Assembly: GCA_902587095.1 (NCBI GenBank)
Contig: CACIJY010000002.1
Span: forward strand, 16,287 to 80,286
Reading direction: 5' to 3'
Length of the DNA stretch: 64,000 nucleotides
From: an uncultured Pelagibacteraceae bacterium
GTDB taxonomy: Bacteria; Pseudomonadota; Alphaproteobacteria; Pelagibacterales; Pelagibacteraceae
In this document: positions 37,374 to 48,367 of the stretch, piece by piece
Position numbering within the stretch: position 1 is the first letter of the stretch
Layout: every line of letters starts with the position of its first letter
Position numbers and translations under genes: made by a program
Notes under the pieces: model-generated
Seen by the model: only the letters and a program-made list of their open reading frames with translations
Database searches by the model: none
What the model was told of the DNA's origin: nothing

Positions 37374-38198
37374 TTAATTTTTTATTAGTTTATCTATTTG
37401 AACTAATTTATCTAATAAAGTATCTAATTCATTTAAGGGAATCATATTTGGTCCATCTGATGGCGCGTTATCTGGATCTTGGTGCGTCTCTATAAACACA
37501 GCAGCAACTCCTACTGCAACTGCAGCTCTTGATAAATGTGAAACAAACTCTCGTTCACCACCGCTTTTATTTCCTAAACCACCGGGCTGTTGTACTGAAT
37601 GAGTCGCATCAAAAACTATAGGATAACCTAGTTTTGACATTATAGGCAAAGATCTCATGTCTGATACTAAAGTGTTATAACCAAAGCTTGCACCTCTTTC
37701 TGTTATTAAAATATTATTATTGCCTGAGTCAGAAATTTTTTTCGTGACATTAATCATATCCCATGGAGCTAAAAATTGTCCTTTTTTAACATTTATAATT
37801 TTATTTGTTTTAGCTGCAGCTACTAACAAATCAGTTTGTCTGCATAAAAAAGCTGGAATTTGAATTATATCAACATGCTTAGCCACAGCTGAACATTGTT
37901 CAGCACTATGAACATCTGTTAAAATTGGCACTCCTAATTCTTGTTTAATTTTATCAAAAATTGGTAATGAGTTTTCTAAACCTGCGCCTCTTTTACCTTT
38001 TAAACTGGTCCTATTAGCCTTATCAAAAGAAGTTTTATAAACAAAACCTACATTGTATTTTTTTGCAATCTCCCCAATTTTGCCAGCCATATCCAATGCA
38101 TGTTGCTCAGTTTCTAATTGGCAAGGACCTGCAATAAGACATATTTGTTTATCGTTTGATATTTGAATATCGTTACAGTTAATTGTTAGATTTTTCAT
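37374..38198 (-). CDS. kdsA: KDO 8-phosphate synthase
   Basis: [47 protein letters not shown]. Start trimmed to MKNLT. Confidence 0.96.
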   Translation of the reverse strand: MKNLTINCNDIQISNDKQICLIAGPCQLETEQHALDMAGKIGEIAKKYNVGFVYKTSFDKANRTSLKGKRGAGLENSLPIFDKIKQELGVPILTDVHSAEQCSAVAKHVDIIQIPAFLCRQTDLLVAAAKTNKIINVKKGQFLAPWDMINVTKKISDSGNNNILITERGASFGYNTLVSDMRSLPIMSKLGYPIVFDATHSVQQPGGLGNKSGGEREFVSHLSRAAVAVGVAAVFIETHQDPDNAPSDGPNMIPLNELDTLLDKLVQIDKLIKN

Positions 38199-39813
38199 TA
38201 TTTTTTTTTGCAGCACTGATAAAAGATGAGAATAATGGATGTGGATCTAAAGGTCTAGATTTAAATTCAGGATGAAATTGAACACCAATAAACCAAGGAT
38301 GATTTTTTAATTCAATTATTTCCGGTAAATTATTATCCGGTGACAAGCCTGAAAATAACATACCTTTTTTTTCAAATTTCTTTTTCATCTTAATATTTAC
38401 CTCGTATCGGTGTCTATGTCTCTCATGAATAATTTTAGATTTATAAATATCTTTTATTTGTGAATTGTGTTGTAATTTTGCTGTATATAAACCTAGACGC
38501 ATAGTTCCACCTAATTTAGTAGAAGTGCCTTTAACAATTTTGCCATTTTTGTTCCACTCTTCGATTAAGCCAACAACTGAAAAACATTTTTTATCTAATT
38601 CACTAGATCCCGCTTTTTTTATTTTTAAAACATTTCTAGCAAACTCTACTACAGCCATTTGCATCCCAAAACATATGCCAAGAAAAGGTATATTATTTTT
38701 TCTTGCGTAATTTATACACGCTATTTTACCTTCAGTGCCTCTTTTACCAAAGCCACCAGGTATCAAAATTCCAGATGCATCAATTAGTCTCTTTCTAATT
38801 TCCGATATTTTAAGTTTGTCAGAATCTATTCTTATTATTTTTATTTTTAAGTTATTTTTTATTCCACCATGAACTAAGGCTTCATCTAAGGATTTATATG
38901 CATCTTTTAATTCTACGTATTTACCAACAATTGCAATATTTATTACTTTTAAATTTTTATCAGTTACAATTTTTGTTACATTTTTCCATGGAGAGAGATT
39001 AATTTTTTTTTTAGGTTTTAGTTTAAAGTATTTTAAAACTTGTTTATCCAAGCCTTCATTAAAAAAACTTATTGGTGCTTCATAAATAGTTTTTACATCA
39101 ACAGTCTCTATAACTCTCTCTATTGGAATATTGCAAAATAAAGATATTTTTTTTCTTTGATCTAATGGTATTGATTGTTGTGATCTACAAATGATAATAT
39201 CTGGTTGTATACCTATGCTTCTTAATTCTTTTACAGAATGTTGAGTTGGTTTTGTTTTAATTTCATCTGAAGATTTTAAAAAGGGTACTAGCGTTAAATG
39301 AACAAACAAAGTTTTCTCTTTTCCAATATCGTTAGAAAATTGTCTAATAGCCTCTAAAAAAGGTAAACTCTCGATATCACCTACAGTTCCACCTATTTCA
39401 CAAATAACAAAATCCTCATTTTTAATATCTTTTTTAATAAACTTTTTAATTCTTTCTGTAACATGCGGTATAACCTGAACAGTTTTTCCTAAATAGTCCC
39501 CCTTACGCTCTTTAGAGATTATATCACTATAAATTTTTCCTGTAGTAATATTATCACTTTTTTTTGCAGATATATTTGTAAACCTTTCATAGTGCCCAAG
39601 ATCTAAATCGGTTTCAGCTCCATCGTCAGTAACAAAAACTTCGCCATGCTGAAATGGACTCATTGTACCAGGGTCAACATTTAAATAAGGATCCATTTTT
39701 CTAATTCTTACTTTGTAGCCTTGAGATTTGAGTAAATATCCTAGTGAGGCAGAAGATAATCCTTTTCCAAGAGAAGAGACCACGCCGCCAGTGACAAAAA
39801 TGAATCGCGCCAT
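38179..39813 (-). CDS. pyrG: CTP synthase
   Basis: [47 protein letters not shown]. Confidence 0.98.
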   Translation of the reverse strand: MARFIFVTGGVVSSLGKGLSSASLGYLLKSQGYKVRIRKMDPYLNVDPGTMSPFQHGEVFVTDDGAETDLDLGHYERFTNISAKKSDNITTGKIYSDIISKERKGDYLGKTVQVIPHVTERIKKFIKKDIKNEDFVICEIGGTVGDIESLPFLEAIRQFSNDIGKEKTLFVHLTLVPFLKSSDEIKTKPTQHSVKELRSIGIQPDIIICRSQQSIPLDQRKKISLFCNIPIERVIETVDVKTIYEAPISFFNEGLDKQVLKYFKLKPKKKINLSPWKNVTKIVTDKNLKVINIAIVGKYVELKDAYKSLDEALVHGGIKNNLKIKIIRIDSDKLKISEIRKRLIDASGILIPGGFGKRGTEGKIACINYARKNNIPFLGICFGMQMAVVEFARNVLKIKKAGSSELDKKCFSVVGLIEEWNKNGKIVKGTSTKLGGTMRLGLYTAKLQHNSQIKDIYKSKIIHERHRHRYEVNIKMKKKFEKKGMLFSGLSPDNNLPEIIELKNHPWFIGVQFHPEFKSRPLDPHPLFSSFISAAKKNNEKSNN

Positions 39814-39857
39814 GGAATTATGTTATAGCTCTTATTAGTAAAAATTAAAAGTATTAA

Positions 39858-40160
39858 TTAATTATTTTGGGGAATTTTAGGAGCGTCACTATCAGTATTT
39901 TGCTCAATTTTATCCAATAAAGATTTCTCAGGTTCTAATTCTTTATTTGAGAGAATAGTTAGATACAAACTACAGATTATAAATAAAGTTGCTACTATAG
40001 CAGTTGCTTTAGTGAAAAAATTACTGCTTGATCTTGAAAACATATAATTTTCTTGACTAACTCCAATACCTAATGCTCCACCCTCTGATTGTTGGAATAA
40101 GACAAGTATAACCAATATTATAGCAAGTATTATATTTATTGTGAGTAATATATTTTCCAT
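39858..40160 (-). CDS. secG: Preprotein translocase subunit SecG
   Basis: Two TMs around LFQQSEGGALG…NFFTKATAI; lies between tpiA and pyrG. Confidence 0.9.
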   Translation of the reverse strand: MENILLTINIILAIILVILVLFQQSEGGALGIGVSQENYMFSRSSSNFFTKATAIVATLFIICSLYLTILSNKELEPEKSLLDKIEQNTDSDAPKIPQNN

Positions 40161-40165
40161 GACGT

Positions 40166-40915
40166 TTAATTAATTGTTTTTTTAATTATATCAATAAATT
40201 TTTTAGAATTTTGCGACGCTCCTCCTATCAAAAAACCATTTATTTCCTTAATTTGTTTTAAATTATTTATGTTTTGGTTGTTTACTGATCCTCCATAAAT
40301 AATTTTTGTTTTTTGGTTTTTAAATTTATTCTTTATAATTTTTTTAATAATGATTACCTGTTTTGTTAATTCTTTATTTGTTAAAACTTTTCCAGTGCCA
40401 ATAGACCAAACAGGCTCATATGCAAAAATAATTTTATCGATTTTTTTAATTTTTTTTAATCCCAAATCGATTTGCTGTTTTAAAATTTTATTAGTTTTCT
40501 TATTTTTTTTTTCAAATAAATTTTCTCCAATGCAAAAAATTACATTTAAGTTATTCAAAATTGCACTATGAATTTTTTTATTGATTTGAGTATTAGTTTC
40601 TCCATTAGATCTGTTTTCAGAGTGACCAATTATGACATACTTAGCACCTAATTTTTTTATCATAGTAGAGCTAATTGATCCTGTGTAAGGTCCAGTATTT
40701 ATTTCGTAATGACAATTCTGAGCACCAACATCTAAATTGGTTTTTCTAGTTTTAATCACAAAGTAGTTTAAAAGGGTATATGGAGGACAATAAATAATTT
40801 TTGCATTTTTATAATTCTTTTTTTTGCTCAAATTTATGACACTTTGTATAGATTTTACTGAATTTAAATCTCCAAACATTTTCCAGTTTGCAATGAATAA
40901 TATTTTGTTTGTCAT
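40166..40915 (-). CDS. tpiA: Triosephosphate isomerase
   Basis: ANWKM, GAQN, IGHSE, AYEPVWSIGTG, YGGSV, LIGGAS. Confidence 0.96.
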   Translation of the reverse strand: MTNKILFIANWKMFGDLNSVKSIQSVINLSKKKNYKNAKIIYCPPYTLLNYFVIKTRKTNLDVGAQNCHYEINTGPYTGSISSTMIKKLGAKYVIIGHSENRSNGETNTQINKKIHSAILNNLNVIFCIGENLFEKKNKKTNKILKQQIDLGLKKIKKIDKIIFAYEPVWSIGTGKVLTNKELTKQVIIIKKIIKNKFKNQKTKIIYGGSVNNQNINNLKQIKEINGFLIGGASQNSKKFIDIIKKTIN

Positions 40916-40971
40916 AATATTAATTATAATTTATAGATTTGTTTTTATAGTTCAATATTTTATCATATGTT

Positions 40972-42387
40972 ATGTTAAATAAACTGAGAAATTTCACTAA
41001 AACTAAACTGGCTACAGTATTAATAGGTATAATAATAATTCCTTTTGTCTTTTGGGGTATGGGGGGAGTTTTTCAAGGTGGTAATACGAACAATATAGCA
41101 AAAATTAAAAACGTAAATATTTCAACTGAAGATTTTTTTGATCACATAAGATCTCTTGGAATTAATGAGGAAATCATTAGTAAAAACATTGAAAATGGTG
41201 TTCTTACTGAAATTTTAAATGATCTTTTGGCAAAAAAATTTATTGAATTAGAAATTAAAAAACTTGGTATTAATATAAATGATGAAAGTTTACTTTTGAT
41301 TATTAAAAATAATAAAAACTTTTTAGATGAAAATAAAAAATTCACTAGAATTAAATATGAAAAATTTCTATTAGAAAATAATATTACCGCTTCAGAATTT
41401 GAAAAAAGATTAAGAAAAAGAGAATTAGAAAAAAAACTTTTTAGTTATTATAGCTCAGGGTTATATATTCCAGAATATCTGGTAAATTATTTTAATTTCA
41501 GCAAAAATAGAAGTATTGATGTTAAATATGTTTCTTTAGAAAGTAATTATAAAAAAAAAGAAGAATTCAATGAAACAGATATTAAAAATTATATTGAAAC
41601 AAATAAAGATAATTTAAAAATAGATTTTGTTGATATTAAATACGTAAAATTGACACCTGAAGTTTTAACAGGCTCATCTGATTATAACGAAAGTTACTAT
41701 GAAATAATAGACAAGATAGAGAATGAAATATTTAATAAAAATAGTTTGGAAGAACTGCTTAGTGAATATGAAGGAATTAAAATAAATGAAATAAAAGAGT
41801 TAAGTAAAAGAAATGTAGACACAGATTTAGAAGATATTTTTAATTATAAAGAAAGTGACCAAATACAAATTTTGGATAAAGAGGATTATTTTTTAATCTT
41901 TAAAAATGAAAATTATAGGCAAAAAATACCTAGAGTAGACAAAGATTTTTCAACTGAAATAAAAGAAATCTTATACAAGGAAAATAAATACAATTATAAT
42001 CAGAAATTATTTTCAAAAATTAGCAATAATCAGTTTAAAGACGATGATTTTAATAATTCAGTTAAGAATAAAAACGAATATAAAAAAGCTCAAATTAAAT
42101 CTATAAAAGATAACAATACTTTTGAGATAAATTCAGTAGAATTAATTTATTCAATGCCAATTAATAGTTTTATGCTAGTGACTGATGATAAAGAAAAAGT
42201 ATATCTTTTAAAAATTTTAGGAATAAAAAACAATGATTTTAAGAGTGGTGATAAAGAGATATTTTTAAAAACTAAGGACAAAATTAAAGATGAGATATAT
42301 TCATCTTATGATCAGTTTTTAAATCAAAATTATAAAGTTGAAATAAATTATAATACTTTAGAAAGAACAGAAAATTATTTTAAATAA
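40972..42387 (+). CDS. ppiD: PpiD/SurA N-terminal-domain periplasmic chaperone (shortened)
   Basis: MLNKLR…IIIIPFVFWG anchor, F…KF…KYEKFL; divergent from tpiA and upstream of trpE, the usual alpha synteny. Confidence 0.75.
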   Translation: MLNKLRNFTKTKLATVLIGIIIIPFVFWGMGGVFQGGNTNNIAKIKNVNISTEDFFDHIRSLGINEEIISKNIENGVLTEILNDLLAKKFIELEIKKLGININDESLLLIIKNNKNFLDENKKFTRIKYEKFLLENNITASEFEKRLRKRELEKKLFSYYSSGLYIPEYLVNYFNFSKNRSIDVKYVSLESNYKKKEEFNETDIKNYIETNKDNLKIDFVDIKYVKLTPEVLTGSSDYNESYYEIIDKIENEIFNKNSLEELLSEYEGIKINEIKELSKRNVDTDLEDIFNYKESDQIQILDKEDYFLIFKNENYRQKIPRVDKDFSTEIKEILYKENKYNYNQKLFSKISNNQFKDDDFNNSVKNKNEYKKAQIKSIKDNNTFEINSVELIYSMPINSFMLVTDDKEKVYLLKILGIKNNDFKSGDKEIFLKTKDKIKDEIYSSYDQFLNQNYKVEINYNTLERTENYFK

Positions 42388-43838
42388 TGCTTAATATATG
42401 TTTTAAAAAGTTTAAAAAAACTCATAAAAAAAAAATTAACCAGGTTTTATATTATGAGTTAAAGTCAAACAATTCCAAGGAGGTTGAAAACTTAATAAAT
42501 AATTTTTTACAAGATAAAAATAGCTTTGTCTTTGAGTCAGTAGAAAAAGGAGTAATAAAAGGCAGATATACAATATTTGGAAAAAATCCGGATAAAATAT
42601 GGGAATTTAACAATGAAAATATTTATTACTTAAACAAAAATAAAAAAAAAAAAATTAATGGTGATCCTGTTAAAGTAATTAATAATATTATTAAAAATTT
42701 TAACTTCAAAACTCCCAAAAAATTGCCGCCTTTATGTAGTTTATTAGCAGGTTATTTTTCCTATGATACAATAAGATATTTTGAAAAAATCAAAGATACT
42801 TGTATTGATGATCTTAAAATACCAGATATTAGAATTATGCGACCAACTACTCTAGTAATACACGATAATCTACAAAAAAAAATTTTTTTTATTAAAAATT
42901 GTTTTTCAGATAAAAAAATTTCAAATTACGAAAAAAAATATACAGATATCCAGGATGAGCTTAATAATATAATTATTCAATCTAAAATTTCTGCAAGTTA
43001 TAATGATAAAAAATTGGTAAAAAAAACCATTAAGTCAAATATTTCAAAAAAAAAGTTTTTGGAAAATGTTAAAAAAGCAAAAAAATACATTCAAATTGGT
43101 GACATATTTCAAGTTGTTTTAAGTCAACGTTTTGAAACAAAATTGACAAAAAAACCCCTTAGCATTTATAAAAGTTTAAGATTGACAAATCCGTCCCCTT
43201 TTATGTTTTACTTTAACTTTAACGATTTTCAAATTATTGGTGCGAGTCCTGAGATCTTGGTTAGACTAAGAGATAATAAAGTTACAATTAGGCCGATAGC
43301 GGGAACAAGGCCTCGTGGAAAAAATCTTAGTGAAGATAATTTTTATAAAAAGGACCTTTTATCAGATAAAAAAGAAATTTCTGAACACCTTATGCTGTTA
43401 GATTTAGGGAGAAATGATATTGGAAAAATTTCTAAAATAAATACGGTAAAAGTAACTGAACAATTTAAAATTGAGAAATATTCCCATGTGATGCATATTG
43501 TTTCGAATGTAACAGGTGAATTTGATAAAAAAAAATCTAAATATGACACACTGATGGCAGGGTTTCCGGCAGGTACTGTATCAGGTGCGCCAAAAATAAG
43601 GGCTATGGAAATCATTGATGAATTAGAAAAAAATAAAAGAAAGATTTATGCTGGAGGAATTGGTTATTTTTCTGCTAATGGTGACTTTGATACTTGTATT
43701 GCTTTAAGAACAGCTCTAGCTAAAAATGGAAAATATTATGTACAAGCTGGCGCAGGTATTGTTGCTGACAGTATTCCAGAAAAAGAATTTCAGGAAACTG
43801 TGAATAAATCTAAAGCTTTAATTAAGGCTCTCGATTAA
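42387..43838 (+). CDS. trpE: Anthranilate synthase component I
   Basis: FESVE…GRYT, GDIFQVVLSQR, NPSPF, SPEIL, PIAGTRPRG, EHLMLLDLGRND, PAGTVSGAPK. Confidence 0.96.
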   Translation: MLNICFKKFKKTHKKKINQVLYYELKSNNSKEVENLINNFLQDKNSFVFESVEKGVIKGRYTIFGKNPDKIWEFNNENIYYLNKNKKKKINGDPVKVINNIIKNFNFKTPKKLPPLCSLLAGYFSYDTIRYFEKIKDTCIDDLKIPDIRIMRPTTLVIHDNLQKKIFFIKNCFSDKKISNYEKKYTDIQDELNNIIIQSKISASYNDKKLVKKTIKSNISKKKFLENVKKAKKYIQIGDIFQVVLSQRFETKLTKKPLSIYKSLRLTNPSPFMFYFNFNDFQIIGASPEILVRLRDNKVTIRPIAGTRPRGKNLSEDNFYKKDLLSDKKEISEHLMLLDLGRNDIGKISKINTVKVTEQFKIEKYSHVMHIVSNVTGEFDKKKSKYDTLMAGFPAGTVSGAPKIRAMEIIDELEKNKRKIYAGGIGYFSANGDFDTCIALRTALAKNGKYYVQAGAGIVADSIPEKEFQETVNKSKALIKALD

Positions 43839-44414
43839 ATGAAGATTGTATTAATAGATAATTACGATAGTTTTACTTATAATCTTTACCATTATATTTC
43901 TCAATTAAAGTGTAAAGTTGAGGTTTACAGAAACGATAAAATTGATGCAAAAACAATTTTAAGAAAAAAATTTAAAAAAATCGTTATATCACCTGGACCT
44001 GGTAATCCAAGTCAATCAGGTAACTGTCTAAAGATAGTTAAATCAATTTATAAAAAAATACCCATATTAGGTGTTTGTTTAGGTCACCAGATAATTGGTC
44101 AGGTTTTCGGTTCAAAAATAGTACAGGCAAGAAAACTTATGCATGGTAAGACAAGTCTTATAGTTTCAAAACAAAAAGGAATTTTGAAAAATTTACCCAA
44201 GAATTTTGAAGCCACAAGATATCATAGTTTAATTGTAGATAAAAAGACCTTGTCAAACGAGCTTGAAATCACAGCGGAAACAAAGGATGGTTTAATAATG
44301 GGTATTCAACATAAAAAATTTAATATACATGGTGTACAATTTCATCCTGAAAGTATTAAAACAAAATTAGGTATTAAAATATTGAAAAATTTTATTAATT
44401 TAAAAAATTTATGA
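43839..44414 (+). CDS. trpG: Anthranilate synthase component II (GATase)
   Basis: IDNYDSFTYNL, SPGPG, GVCLGHQ, RYHSL, QFHPES. Confidence 0.95.
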   Translation: MKIVLIDNYDSFTYNLYHYISQLKCKVEVYRNDKIDAKTILRKKFKKIVISPGPGNPSQSGNCLKIVKSIYKKIPILGVCLGHQIIGQVFGSKIVQARKLMHGKTSLIVSKQKGILKNLPKNFEATRYHSLIVDKKTLSNELEITAETKDGLIMGIQHKKFNIHGVQFHPESIKTKLGIKILKNFINLKNL

Positions 44415-45403
44415 AACATTTTATAGAAAAAATAAAGAATAACGAAAATTTATCTTTTGAAGAAAGCAAAGCAGCATTTAATCTATTAATGGAAGGTAAA
44501 GTAAATGAACAAGATATTTTTGATTTTTTAACATTTTTATCAGTAAAAGGTGAGTCTTCAGATGAGATTGCTGGTGGTGTTTACGTTCTTAGAGATAAGT
44601 CCAAAAGAGTTAATATTGGTAATTGTGTTGATACTTGCGGAACTGGTGGTGATGGTATGAATACGCTAAATATATCAACAGCATCTGCATTATTACTTGC
44701 AAGTATGGGAATTAAAGTTGCAAAACATGGTAATAAAGCTGTATCCTCTAAATGTGGTTCAGGAGATGTTTTAGAAGCATTAAATATAAACATTGATTTT
44801 GAACCAAAAGATATTGAACGTCAAATAAATGAAAACAATTTTGGTTTTATGTTCGCGCCTAATTATCATAGTGCAATGAAGTTTGTAGGTCCTACTAGGA
44901 AAAAAATAGGCAAAAGAACTATATTTAATATGATTGGTCCTTTAAGCAGCCCTGCTTTAGTAAAAAGACAAGTAGTTGGAGTTTTTGAAAAAAAGCTTCT
45001 AAAAATTTTTGCAAATGCTTTAAATAATTTAGATATTAAATTTGCATGGATTGTAAATAGTGAAGACGGTTTGGATGAGATTTCACCATACACAAAAACA
45101 AATGTCGTTCAATTAAAAGATAACAAAATTTCTGAAATTACTATTGATCCAAGAGAATTAAATATAAAAGCAGATAAGTTTGAAAACCTTATTGGAGATG
45201 ATGCAAAATTTAATGCAGATAAATTAGTCAATATATTTAAAGGCGAAGACAATGATTTTTCTAAGGCCGTGTGTCTAAATGCGGCTGCAGGTTTAATTGT
45301 ATCAGAAAAATATGATGATTTTAAATTGGCCTATAACTACGCCAGAGATTTTATAAGGTCAGGAAAGTCTTATAAACATTTAATGAAAATTCAAAATGGC
45401 TGA
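44411..45403 (+). CDS. trpD: Anthranilate phosphoribosyltransferase
   Basis: DTCGTGGDG, NIST, KHGNKAVSSKCGS, RTIFN, DGLDE. Confidence 0.96.
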   Translation: MKHFIEKIKNNENLSFEESKAAFNLLMEGKVNEQDIFDFLTFLSVKGESSDEIAGGVYVLRDKSKRVNIGNCVDTCGTGGDGMNTLNISTASALLLASMGIKVAKHGNKAVSSKCGSGDVLEALNINIDFEPKDIERQINENNFGFMFAPNYHSAMKFVGPTRKKIGKRTIFNMIGPLSSPALVKRQVVGVFEKKLLKIFANALNNLDIKFAWIVNSEDGLDEISPYTKTNVVQLKDNKISEITIDPRELNIKADKFENLIGDDAKFNADKLVNIFKGEDNDFSKAVCLNAAAGLIVSEKYDDFKLAYNYARDFIRSGKSYKHLMKIQNG

Positions 45404-46187
45404 AAATATTCTTGAAAAAATAATTAAAAAGAAAGTCGAGAAAATTGAAAATCTAAAAAAAACTACAAAATTAGATACTTTAAATGAACTTATAGATAAA
45501 AATAAATCTTTTATAGACTTTAAAGATAAAATTAAAAAAAATATAAATAATAGAAAATTATCTATTATTGCTGAAATAAAGAAAGCAAGCCCGTCTGCTG
45601 GTATAATTATTAAAGATTATAATCCAGTAGAAATAGCTAATAGTTACAATCAAAATAAAGTAACCTGTTTGTCTGTTTTAACTGAAGAAGAATTTTTTTT
45701 AGGAAACCTAATACATATTAGTAAAATTAAAGAAAAAATTAAATTACCAATTCTCTGTAAAGATTTCTTCGTTGACAAATTTCAAGTTCCTTTAGCTAAA
45801 AGTTATGGAGCTGATGCAATACTAATTATAATGGCTGGGGTTAGTGAAACTTTAGCAAATGAGTTATATGAAGAAGCAATAAAATTAAATATGACTGTAA
45901 TTGTTGAGGTTCATACTGTTGAGGAAGCTAAAAAAGCACTTAAGTTTAAAAGCGCTCTTATAGGAATTAACAATAGAAACCTAAAAACTTTGAAAACTGA
46001 CATAAATACAACTTTTGATATTCATGATGTTTTGAAAAATCATACTGGGCCACTAATATCTGAGAGTGGTATAAAAACAAAAGAAGAGCTGTTAGAACTA
46101 TCTAACAAAACATCGATTAAAACTTTTTTAATTGGTGAATCACTTTTAAAAAATTTAAATAATAATTCTATTTTTTCAGTTCTCTAG
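45396..46187 (+). CDS. trpC: Indole-3-glycerol phosphate synthase
   Basis: IAEIKKASPSAG, SVLTE, KDF, GADAILI, GINNRNL, SESGI, LIGE. Confidence 0.96.
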   Translation: MAENILEKIIKKKVEKIENLKKTTKLDTLNELIDKNKSFIDFKDKIKKNINNRKLSIIAEIKKASPSAGIIIKDYNPVEIANSYNQNKVTCLSVLTEEEFFLGNLIHISKIKEKIKLPILCKDFFVDKFQVPLAKSYGADAILIIMAGVSETLANELYEEAIKLNMTVIVEVHTVEEAKKALKFKSALIGINNRNLKTLKTDINTTFDIHDVLKNHTGPLISESGIKTKEELLELSNKTSIKTFLIGESLLKNLNNNSIFSVL

Positions 46188-46236
46188 GTAAATAATCCCT
46201 AATTTTCTTAATTTTTTTACTATTGTTAATTGTAGA

Positions 46237-46273
46237 GAACTTTTATAGAACATTATTTGTACGATATTTGTTC
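46237..46273. promoter_or_regulatory. Alphaproteobacterial LexA (SOS) boxes
   Basis: GAAC-ttttata-GAAC-attattt-GTAC-gatattt-GTTC immediately before the lexA ATG; fits GAAC-N7-GAAC / GTTC-N7-GTTC. Confidence 0.85.
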
Positions 46274-46275
46274 TT

Positions 46276-46947
46276 ATGCTAACAAAAAAACAAAAAAATT
46301 TATTAATGTTTATCAACAAGAAGTTGAGAAGTTCTGGTGTATCTCCTTCTTATGAGGAGATGAAAGAATCGTTAAATTTGAAGTCAAAATCTGGAATTCA
46401 TCGTTTAATAAGCGCATTAGAAGAAAGAGGTTTTATAAAAAGATTGGCACATAAAGCTAGAGCATTAGAGGTTGTTAAGCTACCTGAAACCGCTTCTGCA
46501 AATGATATTTATAACTCTTTTTCACCTAGTGTAATAAAAGGTGGTTTAGATGAAGATGGTATAGAAAAAAATGAAGTTCCTGTCCTAGGTAAAATTGCTG
46601 CAGGAACGCCAGTTGAAGCAATACAAAATGAAGTATCGAGAGTTCCTTTACCTAATAATATTGAAAAAAATGGAGAGTACTTTGGTTTGAAAGTTCAAGG
46701 CGACTCAATGATTGAAGCGGGTATTAGCGAGGGTGACACGGTAATTGTTAAAAAAACAGATACAGCAGAAAATGGAAAAATTGTTGTTGCTTTAATTGAT
46801 GACCATGAAGCTATGCTTAAAAGAATAAGAAGAAAAGGAAAAACAATAGCACTTGAGAGTGCAAACAAAAATTACGAGACCAAAATCTTTGGTCCAGATA
46901 GAGTAAAAGTCCAGGGTGTTTTAGTATCTTTGTATAGAAACTTCTAA
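46276..46947 (+). CDS. lexA: SOS repressor LexA
   Basis: [19 protein letters not shown]-like KARAL, IAAG cleavage site, GDSM, LKR. Confidence 0.96.
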   Translation: MLTKKQKNLLMFINKKLRSSGVSPSYEEMKESLNLKSKSGIHRLISALEERGFIKRLAHKARALEVVKLPETASANDIYNSFSPSVIKGGLDEDGIEKNEVPVLGKIAAGTPVEAIQNEVSRVPLPNNIEKNGEYFGLKVQGDSMIEAGISEGDTVIVKKTDTAENGKIVVALIDDHEAMLKRIRRKGKTIALESANKNYETKIFGPDRVKVQGVLVSLYRNF

Positions 46948-46969
46948 AAAAATAGTTTAATAATATTAA

Positions 46970-48367
46970 ATGTCAAAAGTAGCAACTAGATTTGCTCCAT
47001 CGCCAACTGGACCATTACATATAGGTGGAGTTCGAACAGCTTTATTTAACTGGCTATATTCAAAAAATCAAAATGGTAATTTTTTTTTAAGAATTGAAGA
47101 TACTGATAAAGAAAGATCCAAAGAGGAATATAGAAAACAAATTATTAATTCACTAGAATGGATAGGTATAAACTTTGATGGTGAGGAATATGTACAATCA
47201 AAAAAAATAGATGATCATATTAAAGTTGTCCATGAATTATTAAAAAATGGTAATGCTTATAAATGTTATTGTTCATCTGAGGAAATTGAGGAGCAAAAAA
47301 AGAGAGCTAAACAAAAAAAAATTCCATATATTTACGATAGAAAGTGGAGAGATAAAAAGGAAACTGATGCTCCTAAAAATATAAAACCCGTAATAAGATT
47401 TAAAAGTAAAATAGATGGAACATCTATATTAAAAGATTTGGTCCAAGGTGATGTTGAAATTGAAAATAATACAATAGAAGATTTTGTAATCTTAAGAAAT
47501 GATGGTACTCCAACATATAATTTATCAGCAGCAGTGGATGACCATCAAATGAATATGTCACACATAATTAGGGGGGATGATCATAAGATAAATACTTTTA
47601 AACAAATTCAAATTTACCGAGCCATGGAATGGGAAATACCTTCTTTTGCTCATATACCCTTAATACATACAATTGATGGAAAAAAACTATCTAAACGAGA
47701 CAAGGCCTCAACTTTAGATGATTATTCTAAGATTGGTATTATGCCTGATGCTCTTAGAAATTATCTCTTAAGATTAGGATGGTCTTACAAAGATAAGGAA
47801 ATATTTACAATAGAAGAGAGTATTAAATATTTTAACCTTAAAGGTATAGGTAAATCTCCGTCTAAGCTGGATATGAGTAGAATTTTATCTATGAACGAAC
47901 ACTACATTAAGAACATGAATGAAAATGACTTATTCGATAAGCTGATTGAATACTGTAATAAATTTAAGAAAGAAATAAAAACTGATAAAGAAGATAAAAT
48001 AAGAAAATCTCTATCGTTTTTAAAAAATAAAGCCAAAACTTTAGAAGATATATTTATCAATTGTCAGTATATAATCACTGATGAAGTAATATTTAATCAA
48101 GATGATATTAAATTAATTGATGAAAAGGCAAAAAAGGTAATTACTGACTTTAAAGCTCAATTTGAGAAGATAGATCAACCTAGCAGAGAAATTTTAGAAC
48201 CAGTTATTAATGGTCTTATAAAATCTAATAACACAAATTTTAAAGGTGTTGGCCAGCCTTTAAGAATAGTATTAACTGGTTCGAAATTTGGACCCGGAAT
48301 ATATGATATTATATTGTCTTTAGGAAAAAAAGAGGTTCAAAAAAGATTAGACACCAAGATAGCTTGA
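46970..48367 (+). CDS. gltX: Glutamyl-tRNA synthetase
   Basis: RFAPSPTG…HIGG, RIEDTD, IRGDDH, KLSKR. Confidence 0.97.
   Translation: MSKVATRFAPSPTGPLHIGGVRTALFNWLYSKNQNGNFFLRIEDTDKERSKEEYRKQIINSLEWIGINFDGEEYVQSKKIDDHIKVVHELLKNGNAYKCYCSSEEIEEQKKRAKQKKIPYIYDRKWRDKKETDAPKNIKPVIRFKSKIDGTSILKDLVQGDVEIENNTIEDFVILRNDGTPTYNLSAAVDDHQMNMSHIIRGDDHKINTFKQIQIYRAMEWEIPSFAHIPLIHTIDGKKLSKRDKASTLDDYSKIGIMPDALRNYLLRLGWSYKDKEIFTIEESIKYFNLKGIGKSPSKLDMSRILSMNEHYIKNMNENDLFDKLIEYCNKFKKEIKTDKEDKIRKSLSFLKNKAKTLEDIFINCQYIITDEVIFNQDDIKLIDEKAKKVITDFKAQFEKIDQPSREILEPVINGLIKSNNTNFKGVGQPLRIVLTGSKFGPGIYDIILSLGKKEVQKRLDTKIA

Noticed and set aside
36109-40915. Motif deviations in Eno (SHRSGDSED) and TpiA (IANWKM, GHSENR) suggesting pseudogenes
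   Set aside because: ORFs are full length with catalytic Lys/His/Glu residues retained; consistent with AT-driven divergence.
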